From the NCBI GenBank assembly GCA_965216585.1, contig CBDCGC010000002.1, positions 342,459-406,458 of the forward strand: a stretch of 64,000 nucleotides of DNA. The letters run 5' to 3'. Below are positions 1 to 9,256 of this stretch, one piece after another. A program made the translations under genes and the position numbers. Within the stretch, counting starts at the first letter, position 1. Each line of letters starts with the position of its first letter. Below the pieces are notes generated by a model that was not told the origin of the DNA, did no database searches, and saw nothing but the letters and a program-made list of their open reading frames with translations. This DNA comes from an uncultured Candidatus Binatia bacterium (GTDB lineage Bacteria > Desulfobacterota > Binatia > HRBIN30 > CADEER01).

Positions 1-1077
1 GAAGCGGCGTTTCGCGAGATCGCCGCGGCGGGTGAGACGAATGATGCGGTGCGCACTGAGGCCTGGAGTTGGCTGGCGACGATTCTGCGCAAGAGTGGCC
101 GTTACGACGAGGCCGTGCAGGCGGCTGACGCGGCCAGCCAGGCCAGTCCTGACTTCAGCCTGGCGCCGCGCATCGAGCGCGAGATCGCCGTCAACCGAGG
201 TGAGCGACCTGCGCGACCATCGTGGCTGGACCGCATGCGCGGAAAACCCGACAAGGGCGGTTACCGGACCGTCGGCGACCTCGAGTACGCGGAGCTACTC
301 TGCAGTGTCGGCGCCGATCCGCAGGAGTACTACATCGACGCCCTGGAGCGCGCGATCGAGCAATTGGGCGGAAATCGCACTACGACGCCAACCGTGATCG
401 GACCCGATGGGTTGCAAACACTGCGTCTGCCTGCAGATCCTCGCCACCACGGGGCGACCATTCAAAGAGTGCTGTGGACACGTGGGATCGAAGCCGTGCG
501 GGAGTTGTTTCGCACCCACCAGGCCGAGGTCGGGGCGCATCCGCTGTCGCTCATCTATCAAGGCGAAGTCGAGCTTTGGGTCGGCGAGTATGCGGCTGCC
601 GAGAGGATCTTTCGCCGCGCCCTTGCGATCGAGAAAAAGACACTGTGGGCGTCGATCGGTCTCGGCGCGGCGCGGATGTTTCAGGGAAGTCTAGACGAGG
701 CCCTGGAAGTTTGGCGCCGGGGAGTGGAGTTGCGGCGCTTCGAGGGTCCGACGCTCTTCGTCTATCGCGGTGAGTGCCATCGCCGTCTGCGGATGCCGGA
801 TGAGGCGCGGCGAGACCTCGAAACGGCCATCGCGCAAAAGCCGCAGCGGCTGTCGGCCTGGATCAATCTCGCCTTGCTCGACGGGGACGAGAAAGTGGTG
901 GCGGAGGCGATGCAGAAGTGCGAGCACTTCGCGCCGATCCTCATGCAGGAGTTGCAGGGCACGGCAAGCCAACGGCTGGAAGGCGTGCTCGAGGCGATGC
1001 GCGGGAATCGCAGCTCGGTGCCGGACCACATGCTCTATTTCCTCTGGGGACACCTCTGGTCGCGCCGGCGCGGTTGA
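1..1077 (+). CDS. Tetratricopeptide-repeat protein (5'-truncated by the window edge)
   Basis: Frame is open from base 1 (EAAFREIAAAG...); repeated TPR-like helices (YQGEVELWVGEYAAAERIFRRALA, YRGECHRRLRMPDEARRDLETAIA). Confidence 0.8.
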   Translation, partial: EAAFREIAAAGETNDAVRTEAWSWLATILRKSGRYDEAVQAADAASQASPDFSLAPRIEREIAVNRGERPARPSWLDRMRGKPDKGGYRTVGDLEYAELLCSVGADPQEYYIDALERAIEQLGGNRTTTPTVIGPDGLQTLRLPADPRHHGATIQRVLWTRGIEAVRELFRTHQAEVGAHPLSLIYQGEVELWVGEYAAAERIFRRALAIEKKTLWASIGLGAARMFQGSLDEALEVWRRGVELRRFEGPTLFVYRGECHRRLRMPDEARRDLETAIAQKPQRLSAWINLALLDGDEKVVAEAMQKCEHFAPILMQELQGTASQRLEGVLEAMRGNRSSVPDHMLYFLWGHLWSRRRG

Positions 1078-1105
1078 ACCCTGCTGGGGCAGCGAGGTAG
1101 GCGAA

Positions 1106-2056
1106 TCACCGCAGGTAGTTGGCGAGCAAGAGGTCGGCCAGGTGCCGGCCGAGGATCTGGTGTCCCTTGGCGTTGAAGTGGCATGCGTCCTGGGCGATGT
1201 CCTGCGAAGCGACGCCGGTAAGCCAGGTCGTAACGTCGACGACTTGAAAGCCGTGCTCGCGACCGAGCTCGCGCACCGATTCGAATTCCAAGAGGGTCTT
1301 TGGCTCGGCGCCCCCGAGCTCGGAAGATACGAGTACCAGCAGGCGGCCGCCGCCGGCCTGGACGCGCCGGTGCAGCGACAGCAGTGGTTCGGCGACACGC
1401 GAGAAGTCGTTGGGTTGCGCGACGATGTGGCTGGAGACGACGACGTGGGTGAGCAGGGCGTAGAGTTTGGAGTGGACGAGCAAGAAATCGTTCAGAGCCC
1501 GCGGCAGCGGTAGGGCTTGGATCACGTTTCCGTCCTCGAGCATGTCCCCGACATCGACGATATGGCCGCCAACCAAGCGGTACTGGCGAGAATCGTCGGC
1601 CCAGTAGTGTACGATCACGAGATCGGCGTCGATGCGGCGACTGATCTCGTCGTGGACGGCGTTCTCCTGGGCCGTGTTGTACCCGGGTACGGCGAGGTTG
1701 AGAATCTCGACCGGGCGTTCGGCGCGTTCGATCAGGTGTTGGCGCGTTTGCTCGAGATAGGTGTCTTCGAGCGGGTTGTCGACGCCAAACATGATCGAGT
1801 CGCCGAGGCCGAGAATGATGAACGCGTCTTGGCTGTGCTCGATGCGGTCGAGGTCTTCATCGCGGTAGCGCGCTTGGTGGTCCTGCACTTTCCACAAGAC
1901 GGTGCCATCGACTTCGCGGGTTGCCGCACCGTAGAGGTTGAGGAGTCGACCAAATTGGGGTGGGAGACCGACCGTGCGAATGGCTCCTTCGACGAGGAGG
2001 AGAGCGAGGGTGAGCGAGACGACGGCGATGGCCAGGTTGCCGAGGATTCGCAACAT
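1106..2056 (-). CDS. Membrane-anchored SGNH/GDSL hydrolase-family protein
   Basis: N-terminal TM helix; GDS block (LGDSIMFG), NLAVPGYNT, C-terminal DxxH (QDACHFN). Confidence 0.85.
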   Translation of the reverse strand: MLRILGNLAIAVVSLTLALLLVEGAIRTVGLPPQFGRLLNLYGAATREVDGTVLWKVQDHQARYRDEDLDRIEHSQDAFIILGLGDSIMFGVDNPLEDTYLEQTRQHLIERAERPVEILNLAVPGYNTAQENAVHDEISRRIDADLVIVHYWADDSRQYRLVGGHIVDVGDMLEDGNVIQALPLPRALNDFLLVHSKLYALLTHVVVSSHIVAQPNDFSRVAEPLLSLHRRVQAGGGRLLVLVSSELGGAEPKTLLEFESVRELGREHGFQVVDVTTWLTGVASQDIAQDACHFNAKGHQILGRHLADLLLANYLR

Positions 2057-2071
2057 TGCCGATCTACCGGA

Positions 2072-3898
2072 TCAGGCAGAAGCGCTGGCTTCGCCGCCGA
2101 GACCGAGGGGGAGAAGCTCGCCAAAGCCGTAGAGGTCGGCGTAGCCACGGCGGATGCCGTAGCAACGATCTCTGGCGGCGCAGGTCTTGCAGACCTCGCC
2201 CTTGACGAACTCGCCGTCGCCGCCGCCCGCTTCGAGCGCAACATCCGAGAACTTGTCGCGTTCACTGTCCGGCACCAGGCAGAGCGGCAAGCCGCACATG
2301 GAATCGAAACCGCAGATCTCGAGGCCCGCGGCATGCGCCCGCTGCAGGCCGGCGAGGAGGTGGGGCATGATGTCGGAGAAGCGCGGGATCAAGGTACCGG
2401 TGCGCGGTACGACGTCGGTGTGCGAGCCGACGAAGGAGAAGACGATGGCCGCCGCGGGCCAGCGTTCGCCGACCATGTCGACGAGGCGGGGGAAGTCCGC
2501 GTAGTTGTCCTGGCAAAAGACGAAGTTGAGCCGCAAGCGGACACCGGTACGGCTGAGCGCGTCGATGCCGAGCACGGTTTGGTCGAAGGTGCCGGGTGCG
2601 CCGGTGATCGCGTCGGAGATCGCCGCCGTCGACCCGTGCAGCGAGATCATGGCCTGCTCGACGCCGGCATCGACGAGGTCGTTGGCGAGCTGTGCGTCGG
2701 CGAGGCGGATGGCGTTGCTCTGCAGCTCGACGGCGCGGACACCGACCTGCTTGGCCAACTTCACGTAGTCGACGAGTTTCGGGTTGAGCGTCGGCTCGCC
2801 GCCGGAGAGGACCAGGACCGCTCGTTCCTCTCCCGCTTGCTCGATGGCCGCACGGACTGCCTCGTCACCAGCGGGCGGCAGATGCGTAGAGACGAAGCAG
2901 AATTCACAGGACTGATTGCAGTGGAAGTTGACGCGCACCGTGTACTCGGCGACCTGGCCGTAGGCACTGTTGCGCAGCATGTCGCGGCCGACCAACTCGC
3001 GTGCGATCTGCTCTTCGACGGTCGACATGACGGTCAGGCGGCGCCGCAAGCGCTGCGAGTCGATTGGTTCGAGGTGGGGCGTGCCGGCGGCGATGGTGTG
3101 TTGCGGTACGCCGGGGCAGCGGTCGCGCACCAGGCACTCCTGGCAGGAATCGACATGCACGAAGCCCGGGCGTTCGGCGTTGCCGCGATTGAGCGCAAAG
3201 AGGTGAGCAACCCTCTCGGTCTTGGTGAAAAAGCAGGGCGGAATGTAGGTCGCCGGATCGAGACGCAGCGGTAGAGCGCAGCGCCGGGCGCTTTCGGCGA
3301 CGGCGGCGACGGCGTCGGCGAGCTCACCGGTCGGTGCACATTCATCGGGGTTGGGCGCGTCGAAGGGGATGATCAAAACCATGGCGTCGATCGGCAGCTC
3401 GCTGGCGGCGATGCCGCTGGGAATGCCGGCAACACAGTCGAGGTTGCGGCGTACGATCGGCGTTACCGCTTCGATGCGAACGCCGGCGTTGGCGAAGGCG
3501 GCGATGCCGCGCTGGCTGGCGTCGAAGCCGCCATCGTCGCGGCTGATTGCATCGGCCGCCGCCGCTTGCCAGGCGACGACGTGGACGCGCGCGGTGTCGA
3601 GGCCAGCCGCCGCGAGCTCGCCGGCGCGGCGGTCGTCGATCAACGCCGCGTTGGTTTCGAGGACGACGCGTGCATCCTGTCGGCTGGCGTGGCGGACGAG
3701 GCTGGCGATGTCGCTGCGCATGGTTGGCTCGCCGCCCGTGAGCACGATTTCCTCGGCTCCCTCGGCGAGCGCTGCGTCGATCCGCGCGCGCACGGCGGCA
3801 CTGGCGATGAAGTCGGGATCTTCGGCCGGCCTGCGCGCGTTGCAGAACCAACAATTCTGGTTGCAGGTTTCGTTGGTAATGACACGTTGAACGCGCAT
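2072..3898 (-). CDS. Tandem double radical SAM protein (two HxsC-like rSAM domains, each with a Cys-rich tail)
   Basis: CNQNCWFC + TGGEPT + PPC...CQECLVRDRCPG, then CNQSCEFC + SGGEPT + CGLPLC...CKTCAARDRCYG. Confidence 0.88.
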   Translation of the reverse strand: MRVQRVITNETCNQNCWFCNARRPAEDPDFIASAAVRARIDAALAEGAEEIVLTGGEPTMRSDIASLVRHASRQDARVVLETNAALIDDRRAGELAAAGLDTARVHVVAWQAAAADAISRDDGGFDASQRGIAAFANAGVRIEAVTPIVRRNLDCVAGIPSGIAASELPIDAMVLIIPFDAPNPDECAPTGELADAVAAVAESARRCALPLRLDPATYIPPCFFTKTERVAHLFALNRGNAERPGFVHVDSCQECLVRDRCPGVPQHTIAAGTPHLEPIDSQRLRRRLTVMSTVEEQIARELVGRDMLRNSAYGQVAEYTVRVNFHCNQSCEFCFVSTHLPPAGDEAVRAAIEQAGEERAVLVLSGGEPTLNPKLVDYVKLAKQVGVRAVELQSNAIRLADAQLANDLVDAGVEQAMISLHGSTAAISDAITGAPGTFDQTVLGIDALSRTGVRLRLNFVFCQDNYADFPRLVDMVGERWPAAAIVFSFVGSHTDVVPRTGTLIPRFSDIMPHLLAGLQRAHAAGLEICGFDSMCGLPLCLVPDSERDKFSDVALEAGGGDGEFVKGEVCKTCAARDRCYGIRRGYADLYGFGELLPLGLGGEASASA

Positions 3899-3946
3899 GG
3901 CGGGCAGCTCTGGGACGCTCGTGTGGCGGCAGCCTCCCGGTTGGAT

Positions 3947-5305
3947 TCAGGTTTCCGTCTTCGCCGATCGCCGGGCTGGCGTCAAACGGTCCGGCAGCGG
4001 TGCGCGCTGGCGGGCCGGTCTGTCCGCCAGTGGCGCGACGCAAGCCTCGGCGAAGAGATCGACGTCGGCGTTTCGCGCGCCGAAGCAGGCTTCGCGCACG
4101 GCACAGGCGTCGCACGCAGGGAGGAAAGTGCGACCGCTCAAGCGTTCACTCGCCGGTGCCAGGTCGGTGATGCGCGGGTCGGCGCCAAAGGCGCAGAGCG
4201 GCGGACCGCAGGGGCCGTCGAGCCCGCTGATCGAGATTCCGAGGTCGAAGGCGCGGTCGATGACGCGGTAGAGCACCTGCCGCAAGCGGCTCGGTTCGGG
4301 TACGATGCTGGGGATCAACGCCGGGTCGAAGGGGTCGCTGGGTTGCGAGAGCATCAATCCCTTGAAGTGGGGGTGGCCGGCGAATTCGCCGGCGACCAGC
4401 GCCGGCACGCTTTCGAGGTGGTCGATGCCCTCGGCGGTGAGGACGCAGTTGAGGCGTACCGGCACGGCGGCGTCGAGGAGGGCCTTGATGCCGGCTACGG
4501 TTCTCTCGAAGGTACCCGGCGCGCGTGTGATCAGGTCCGAGGTGGCGGCGTCGCCGCTGTGCAGGGAGACGAAGCAATCGCTCAAGCCAGCGCTGCGCAG
4601 GCGCTCGGCGTGACGGCCCTTGGCGAAGAGGATGGCATTGGTCTCCAGCGTGACGTTGCGAAAGCCAACCTCGCGCGCTCTCTCGATGTACGCTTGCAAA
4701 TCCGGATCGAGGGTCGGCTCGCCGCCGGAAATGATCAGGGAGTGGGCGCCGGCGTTGCGCAGATCTTCGACCCAAAGGAGGATCTGCTCCGGCCCGTAGG
4801 TGCCCCATTGCCGATCTTGCCAACAGATGCCGCAATTCTGGTTGCAGCGGAAGCCGACGCGCACCAGCGCCTGACCGTCGACCCCCGGCACGATCTGGCG
4901 GTAGAAGGCGAGGGGGACGCCGACCGGCAGCGCCGCGAGCTCGCGTGCCGTGCGATTGGCGCGCCGCCACTTTTCCAGGCTGATGGCCGGGCGCAGCCGC
5001 CGCGCCATCTTGTCGAGGTGTTTGCCGAAACGCGCAGCGGCGCCGTTGACCTCGACGACGTCGACTTCGACGGCAGCCGTGGGGTCGTCGCTGCGCGTGA
5101 TGCGCAGGTGAGCGATCGGCTCGCTCTTGCCGAGCACCAGGTCGACGTGCTGGGCACCCGGAGCGACACCGAGCAGGGTCAGGTCGAAGGCCGGTAGCTC
5201 GACCGGCAGGGAAGGAGCGCGGACCAGCGTGCGCGCGATCTCGACCTCGAGGGCAGCGGCGCGCGCCTCGACGTCGGGAGGGTCGCGGAACTCGATCCCA
5301 GCCAT
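3947..5305 (-). CDS. Radical SAM protein with unrecognised N-terminal domain (alternative start 5359)
   Basis: CNQNCGIC, SGGEPT, CGPPLC...CDACAVREACFG; about 140 aa N-terminal extension. Confidence 0.88.
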   Translation of the reverse strand: MAGIEFRDPPDVEARAAALEVEIARTLVRAPSLPVELPAFDLTLLGVAPGAQHVDLVLGKSEPIAHLRITRSDDPTAAVEVDVVEVNGAAARFGKHLDKMARRLRPAISLEKWRRANRTARELAALPVGVPLAFYRQIVPGVDGQALVRVGFRCNQNCGICWQDRQWGTYGPEQILLWVEDLRNAGAHSLIISGGEPTLDPDLQAYIERAREVGFRNVTLETNAILFAKGRHAERLRSAGLSDCFVSLHSGDAATSDLITRAPGTFERTVAGIKALLDAAVPVRLNCVLTAEGIDHLESVPALVAGEFAGHPHFKGLMLSQPSDPFDPALIPSIVPEPSRLRQVLYRVIDRAFDLGISISGLDGPCGPPLCAFGADPRITDLAPASERLSGRTFLPACDACAVREACFGARNADVDLFAEACVAPLADRPARQRAPLPDRLTPARRSAKTET

Positions 5306-5410
5306 GGCGCGACCTTCGCCGCGTTTGCTGGGAGCCGTCTGCTCGGACTCCACTGGCATGGCAAAATCGTAGCAGCCCCTCGCGGATTGTACACGCGCCG
5401 GCCGATTATC

Positions 5411-5440
5411 TTGACAACCGTGGGCGGTGCGCCGTAAGTC
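5411..5440 (+). promoter_or_regulatory. Putative sigma70 promoter for the PuuD-like gene
   Basis: TTGACA at 5411-5416, weak -10 (TAAGTC) 18 nt downstream, in a divergent intergenic gap. Confidence 0.3.
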
Positions 5441-5511
5441 TTGCCGTCTCGTAACAGAACGCGAACAGCAGGCGCATGACGGGCTCAGGCTCGCGCGCAG
5501 GGGAGGTTTGG

Positions 5512-6261
5512 ATGGAAGCGCTACAAGGAATTCTGCGGTGGATTCACGTGATCGCCGGAATCACGTGGATCGGCCTGCTCTACTTTTTCAACTTCGTCAA
5601 TTCCGGTTTCGCGCCGACCATGGACGGTGACACCAAGAAGAAGGTCGTGCCCGAATTGATGCCGCGCGCTCTCTATTGGTTTCGCTGGGGCGCGCTCTAC
5701 ACGTGGGTCACGGGTGTGTTGTTGGTCCTGATGGTGTTCTACCACGGCGGCATCGTTTTCGACGACCTGCGCGCTGGCTGGGGTGGCTTCGCACTGGCCA
5801 TGGTCGCCGTCACCTTTCTCGGCGTCGTCGTCTACGACTTGCTGGCAAGCTCGGTGCTGAAGCCGACCAACATCGCCTTTTGGGGTGGCACGGTGATCGC
5901 CGCGATCATCTTGTTCCTCTATGCCAACGCCGGCTTCAGCTTTCGCGCATCGGCGATTCACCTCGGGGCGCTCTTCGGTACGTGCATGGCCTTCAACGTC
6001 TGGATGCGCATCTGGCCGGCGCAACAGCGCATCATCAACGCGATCAAGAACGGCGAAGCGCCGAACGCCGACGACGCCGGCATGGCCGGGTTGCGCTCCA
6101 AGCACAACACCTACATGTCCGTGCCGCTGGTGTTCTTCATGCTCAACCAGCACATGACATGGCTGCCGGGTGGCTGGATCGGATTGGCGCTCGTCGTCCT
6201 CGTCGGCTGGGGCGTGACGTACATGCTGTACAATAAGGCGGCCGAAGTGAAGGGTTTCTGA
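5512..6261 (+). CDS. PuuD-like (urate hydroxylase N-terminal family) integral membrane protein, no cytochrome c domain
   Basis: RWIHVIAGITWIGLLYFFNF, WFRWGA, NVWMRIWPAQ, RSKHNTYMSVP motifs; GGAGG RBS before ATG 5512. Confidence 0.8.
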   Translation: MEALQGILRWIHVIAGITWIGLLYFFNFVNSGFAPTMDGDTKKKVVPELMPRALYWFRWGALYTWVTGVLLVLMVFYHGGIVFDDLRAGWGGFALAMVAVTFLGVVVYDLLASSVLKPTNIAFWGGTVIAAIILFLYANAGFSFRASAIHLGALFGTCMAFNVWMRIWPAQQRIINAIKNGEAPNADDAGMAGLRSKHNTYMSVPLVFFMLNQHMTWLPGGWIGLALVVLVGWGVTYMLYNKAAEVKGF

Positions 6262-6276
6262 GCGGCCGAATGGGGC

Positions 6277-6306
6277 GCGCCGCGGGTGGAGTTCTGCCCG
6301 CGGCGC
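6277..6306. terminator. GC-rich hairpin between convergent genes
   Basis: GCGCCGCGGG-N10-CCCGCGGCGC inverted repeat. Confidence 0.5.
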
Positions 6307-6312
6307 CCGCGG

Positions 6313-7062
6313 TCAGTACGCGATCACGACGGCCTTCTCCTCCTTGGCCGCCAGGGTGATCGAAACCACCTTCTCCCCCAGGGTCTCGTGCCAGGCGGCG
6401 ATCGTGTAGTCGCCGGGTGGAAGATTGTTCAGCTCGACCGTGCCGTCACTGCCGGTGACACCGAAGTAGGGGTGCGGCAGCACCGAGACGAAGGCGCTCA
6501 TCCAGGGGTGGACGTCGCAACCGACCCGAATGCCGATTTCCGGCTTGTCGAAACGCAGCGAGCGCGTCGACTGCGGCCGGCTCATCATGAAGTTCCACGC
6601 CCGTACCTCGCTCGGCCGTCCGCGCACGTTGTGCGCTTCGGGGTCGCTGTTGAGAAAGCGAAGCTCCTGACCGACCATCAAGGCGGCGACCCGCGGCTGG
6701 TAGAGGCAGCCTCGCTGATCGATCGTCACCGCCTGCGTTGGGTAGGGGAAGACGCGGCCTTCCAGGCCACTCTTGACGTAGACCAGGGCGTTGGCGAGCT
6801 TGCCGCCCGGGTTGTCGACCGGACGGTCGTAGACCGGCTCCGGGTGTAGCTCGGCGCAGGCACCGGCGGCACGCATGTTGATCTCGGTGGGGGCGGGCGC
6901 CTCGCCGTCGAATCGCACCGAGACGCGAGCGGTGGTGGCAGTCGCCGCATCGACGGGCGTGACGACCGGTTGCGGCGGTGGCCCGGACGAATCGGTGCAG
7001 GATGCTAGCCCTATGAGCAGGCTGGTCGTCAGGACGGTTCGTATTCGTAAGGGTGCGTTCAC
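6313..7062 (-). CDS. Lipoprotein with cupredoxin-like and carboxypeptidase-regulatory-like domains
   Basis: Lipobox LASC; HNV...CDVHPWM copper-type ligands; C-terminal LPPGDYTIAAWHE. Confidence 0.75.
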   Translation of the reverse strand: MNAPLRIRTVLTTSLLIGLASCTDSSGPPPQPVVTPVDAATATTARVSVRFDGEAPAPTEINMRAAGACAELHPEPVYDRPVDNPGGKLANALVYVKSGLEGRVFPYPTQAVTIDQRGCLYQPRVAALMVGQELRFLNSDPEAHNVRGRPSEVRAWNFMMSRPQSTRSLRFDKPEIGIRVGCDVHPWMSAFVSVLPHPYFGVTGSDGTVELNNLPPGDYTIAAWHETLGEKVVSITLAAKEEKAVVIAY

Positions 7063-7145
7063 CTTCGTCTCCTCGCTTCGATAACGGCGGTAGCGGCGCT
7101 TCATATTCGTCGTTACCACGCGTGCCCTGAGCTGTCAGCCGGGCT

Positions 7146-9122
7146 ATGGTGGGTGCGATGGGGAATCGCTCCGACAAGGTGGCTGCTGTGGTGGATACCG
7201 AGGCAAAATTGGAATCGCTGCCGACCCGCCCGGGCGTCTATCTGCTCAAGGGTGGCAAGGGCAAGGTCATCTACGTCGGCAAGGCGAAGAATCTGCGCAA
7301 CCGCGTGAGAACGTACTTCCGCGGTGGCGACGATCGCATGCAGGTCGCCTTCTTGATGAAGAAAGTCGCCGATTTCGAGACGCTGGTGACGGAGACCGAA
7401 AAGGAAGCGCTGATTCTCGAAAACAACCTCATCAAGCAGTACAAGCCGCGCTACAACATTCGTCTCAAAGACGACAAGTCGTACGTCAGTGTGAAGGTGA
7501 CGTTGCAGGACCAGTGGCCGCGCGTCTTGGTGACGCGGAAGATCCGCAAGGACGGTGCGCGCTACTTCGGCCCTTTTCATTCGGCGAATAGCGTGCGCGC
7601 CACGATCGACGCGATCCGGCGGACGATTCCACTACGCACTTGCAGTGACGGGGTGTTTCGCAACCGCGCCCGGCCGTGCCTCGAATATCAGATCAAACGC
7701 TGCCTGGCTCCTTGCGTCTTGCCGGTCGAGGCGGAGGATTACGCCGCCCACTTGCGCCAGGCGATGATGTTGCTGTCGGGCAAGAAGGTGCAGCTCGTCG
7801 ACGAGCTGCAACGCGAGATGAAAGCGGCATCCCAGGCCGAGCGATTCGAGGAGGCGGCGCGGCTGCGCGACCGACTGCATGCGATCGAGACGACGCAGGA
7901 GCGACAACAAGCAGTCTCACACGGCGGCGGTGATCAAGACGTCTTCGGCATCTACCGCGAAGGGGCCTTCTGCGATGTGCAGGTTCTCTTCGTCCGCTCC
8001 GGCCGAATCACCGGCAACCTCAGCTACGCCATCGACGATTTCGAGCTGCCGGACGAAGAGCTGTTGGCCGCCGTACTGACGCAATTCTACCAGGCCGAGC
8101 GCTACACACCCGACGAGATCCTGGTGCCGCTCGATCTCGACGACCGCGGTGTGCGCGGCGAGTACCTCGGCGAGAAACGCGGGCGCAAGGTCGAAGTGAT
8201 CTATCCTCAGCGCGGCAGTCGCGTGCGGCTGTTGGAGATGGCGCGCGCCAACGCCGAACAGAGCTTTCGGGCGCGGCGGGATAGCGAGGGACAGTACGCC
8301 CAGGTGAGCGAAGAGCTGAAGCGGCGGCTGCGCCTGCGCAACGCGCCGAAGAGGATCGAGTGTTTTGACATTTCGAACATGCAAGGCGGTTTCGTCGTCG
8401 GCTCGATGGTCACCGTCGACGAGGGGCGTCCCGACCCGAGTCGCTACCGGCGATTCCGTATCAAGGGCGTCGAGGGGCAGGACGACTTCGCTTCGATGTT
8501 CGAGCTGCTCACCCGCCGCTACCGGCGCGCTTTGAAAGAAAGGGACTACCCGGATCTTCTCGTCGTCGACGGCGGTCGCGGCCAACTCAACGTCGCCGTG
8601 CAGGTGCTGCGCGAGCTCGAGCTCGACGAGCAGGTGGACGTCGTCGGACTGGCCAAGTCACGGGTTGCCCGCGCCGCGCGGCAGGCCGAGGTCGAGCGCA
8701 GCGAGGAACGCGTCTTCCTCCCCGGTCGGGTCAATCCGGTCATCTTGCGCCGCAATTCGAATGCGCTCTTCGTGTTGCAACGCGTTCGCGACGAGGCGCA
8801 TCGCTTCGCCATTACCTACCACCGAACGTTGCGCGGGCGCTCGCATCTGCGTTCGGTGCTCGACGACATCCCGGGTGTCGGCGCCGAACGCAAGCGGCGT
8901 CTGCTGCGCGTCTTTGGCAGCCTGAAGGCAGTGCGCAAGGCATCGTTTGAGGAAATCGCCGCCGTGCCGGGCATTCCCGGTGCCGTCGCCGCAGAGATCC
9001 GGCGCCACTTGGACTCGCTCGAGAAGCCCGCCAAGCGGGATGCCGGGCGCGGTAGGTTGACCCTCGTCCGCAGCCGAACGGAGGGTGAAGATGCCGGCGC
9101 TTGCAGCGAACCTCGCAAGTGA
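7146..9122 (+). CDS. uvrC: Excinuclease ABC subunit C (exact start uncertain)
   Basis: GIY-YIG domain (PGVY...IYVGKAKNLRNR), UVR domain, ECFDISN, VDGGRGQ, RDEAHRFA, HhH. Confidence 0.97.
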   Translation: MVGAMGNRSDKVAAVVDTEAKLESLPTRPGVYLLKGGKGKVIYVGKAKNLRNRVRTYFRGGDDRMQVAFLMKKVADFETLVTETEKEALILENNLIKQYKPRYNIRLKDDKSYVSVKVTLQDQWPRVLVTRKIRKDGARYFGPFHSANSVRATIDAIRRTIPLRTCSDGVFRNRARPCLEYQIKRCLAPCVLPVEAEDYAAHLRQAMMLLSGKKVQLVDELQREMKAASQAERFEEAARLRDRLHAIETTQERQQAVSHGGGDQDVFGIYREGAFCDVQVLFVRSGRITGNLSYAIDDFELPDEELLAAVLTQFYQAERYTPDEILVPLDLDDRGVRGEYLGEKRGRKVEVIYPQRGSRVRLLEMARANAEQSFRARRDSEGQYAQVSEELKRRLRLRNAPKRIECFDISNMQGGFVVGSMVTVDEGRPDPSRYRRFRIKGVEGQDDFASMFELLTRRYRRALKERDYPDLLVVDGGRGQLNVAVQVLRELELDEQVDVVGLAKSRVARAARQAEVERSEERVFLPGRVNPVILRRNSNALFVLQRVRDEAHRFAITYHRTLRGRSHLRSVLDDIPGVGAERKRRLLRVFGSLKAVRKASFEEIAAVPGIPGAVAAEIRRHLDSLEKPAKRDAGRGRLTLVRSRTEGEDAGACSEPRK

Positions 9123-9153
9123 AGTCGCAAGCTCGTCGGGCGGAGATTTCGCG

Positions 9154-9245
9154 TTGACAGGCCGAGTTGGGTGGTCTAGCGATCAAGGAGAGAGATTCAC
9201 TTGGAACACGTCATTCGGCGGGGCGACGACCTCGCCTCTTTTTTT
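9154..9245 (+). promoter_or_regulatory. Possible promoter plus leader terminator upstream of the FrhB-like gene
   Basis: TTGACA 9154-9159; hairpin GGGGCGA-cgacc-TCGCCTC followed by T7, ending 11 nt before ATG 9257. Confidence 0.4.
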
Positions 9246-9256
9246 GGAGTCATGGG

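Noticed and set aside
1517-5197. Long plus-strand ORFs 1517-3274 and 3566-5197
   Set aside because: Antisense shadows of the rSAM/SGNH genes, typical of high-GC DNA; no motifs.
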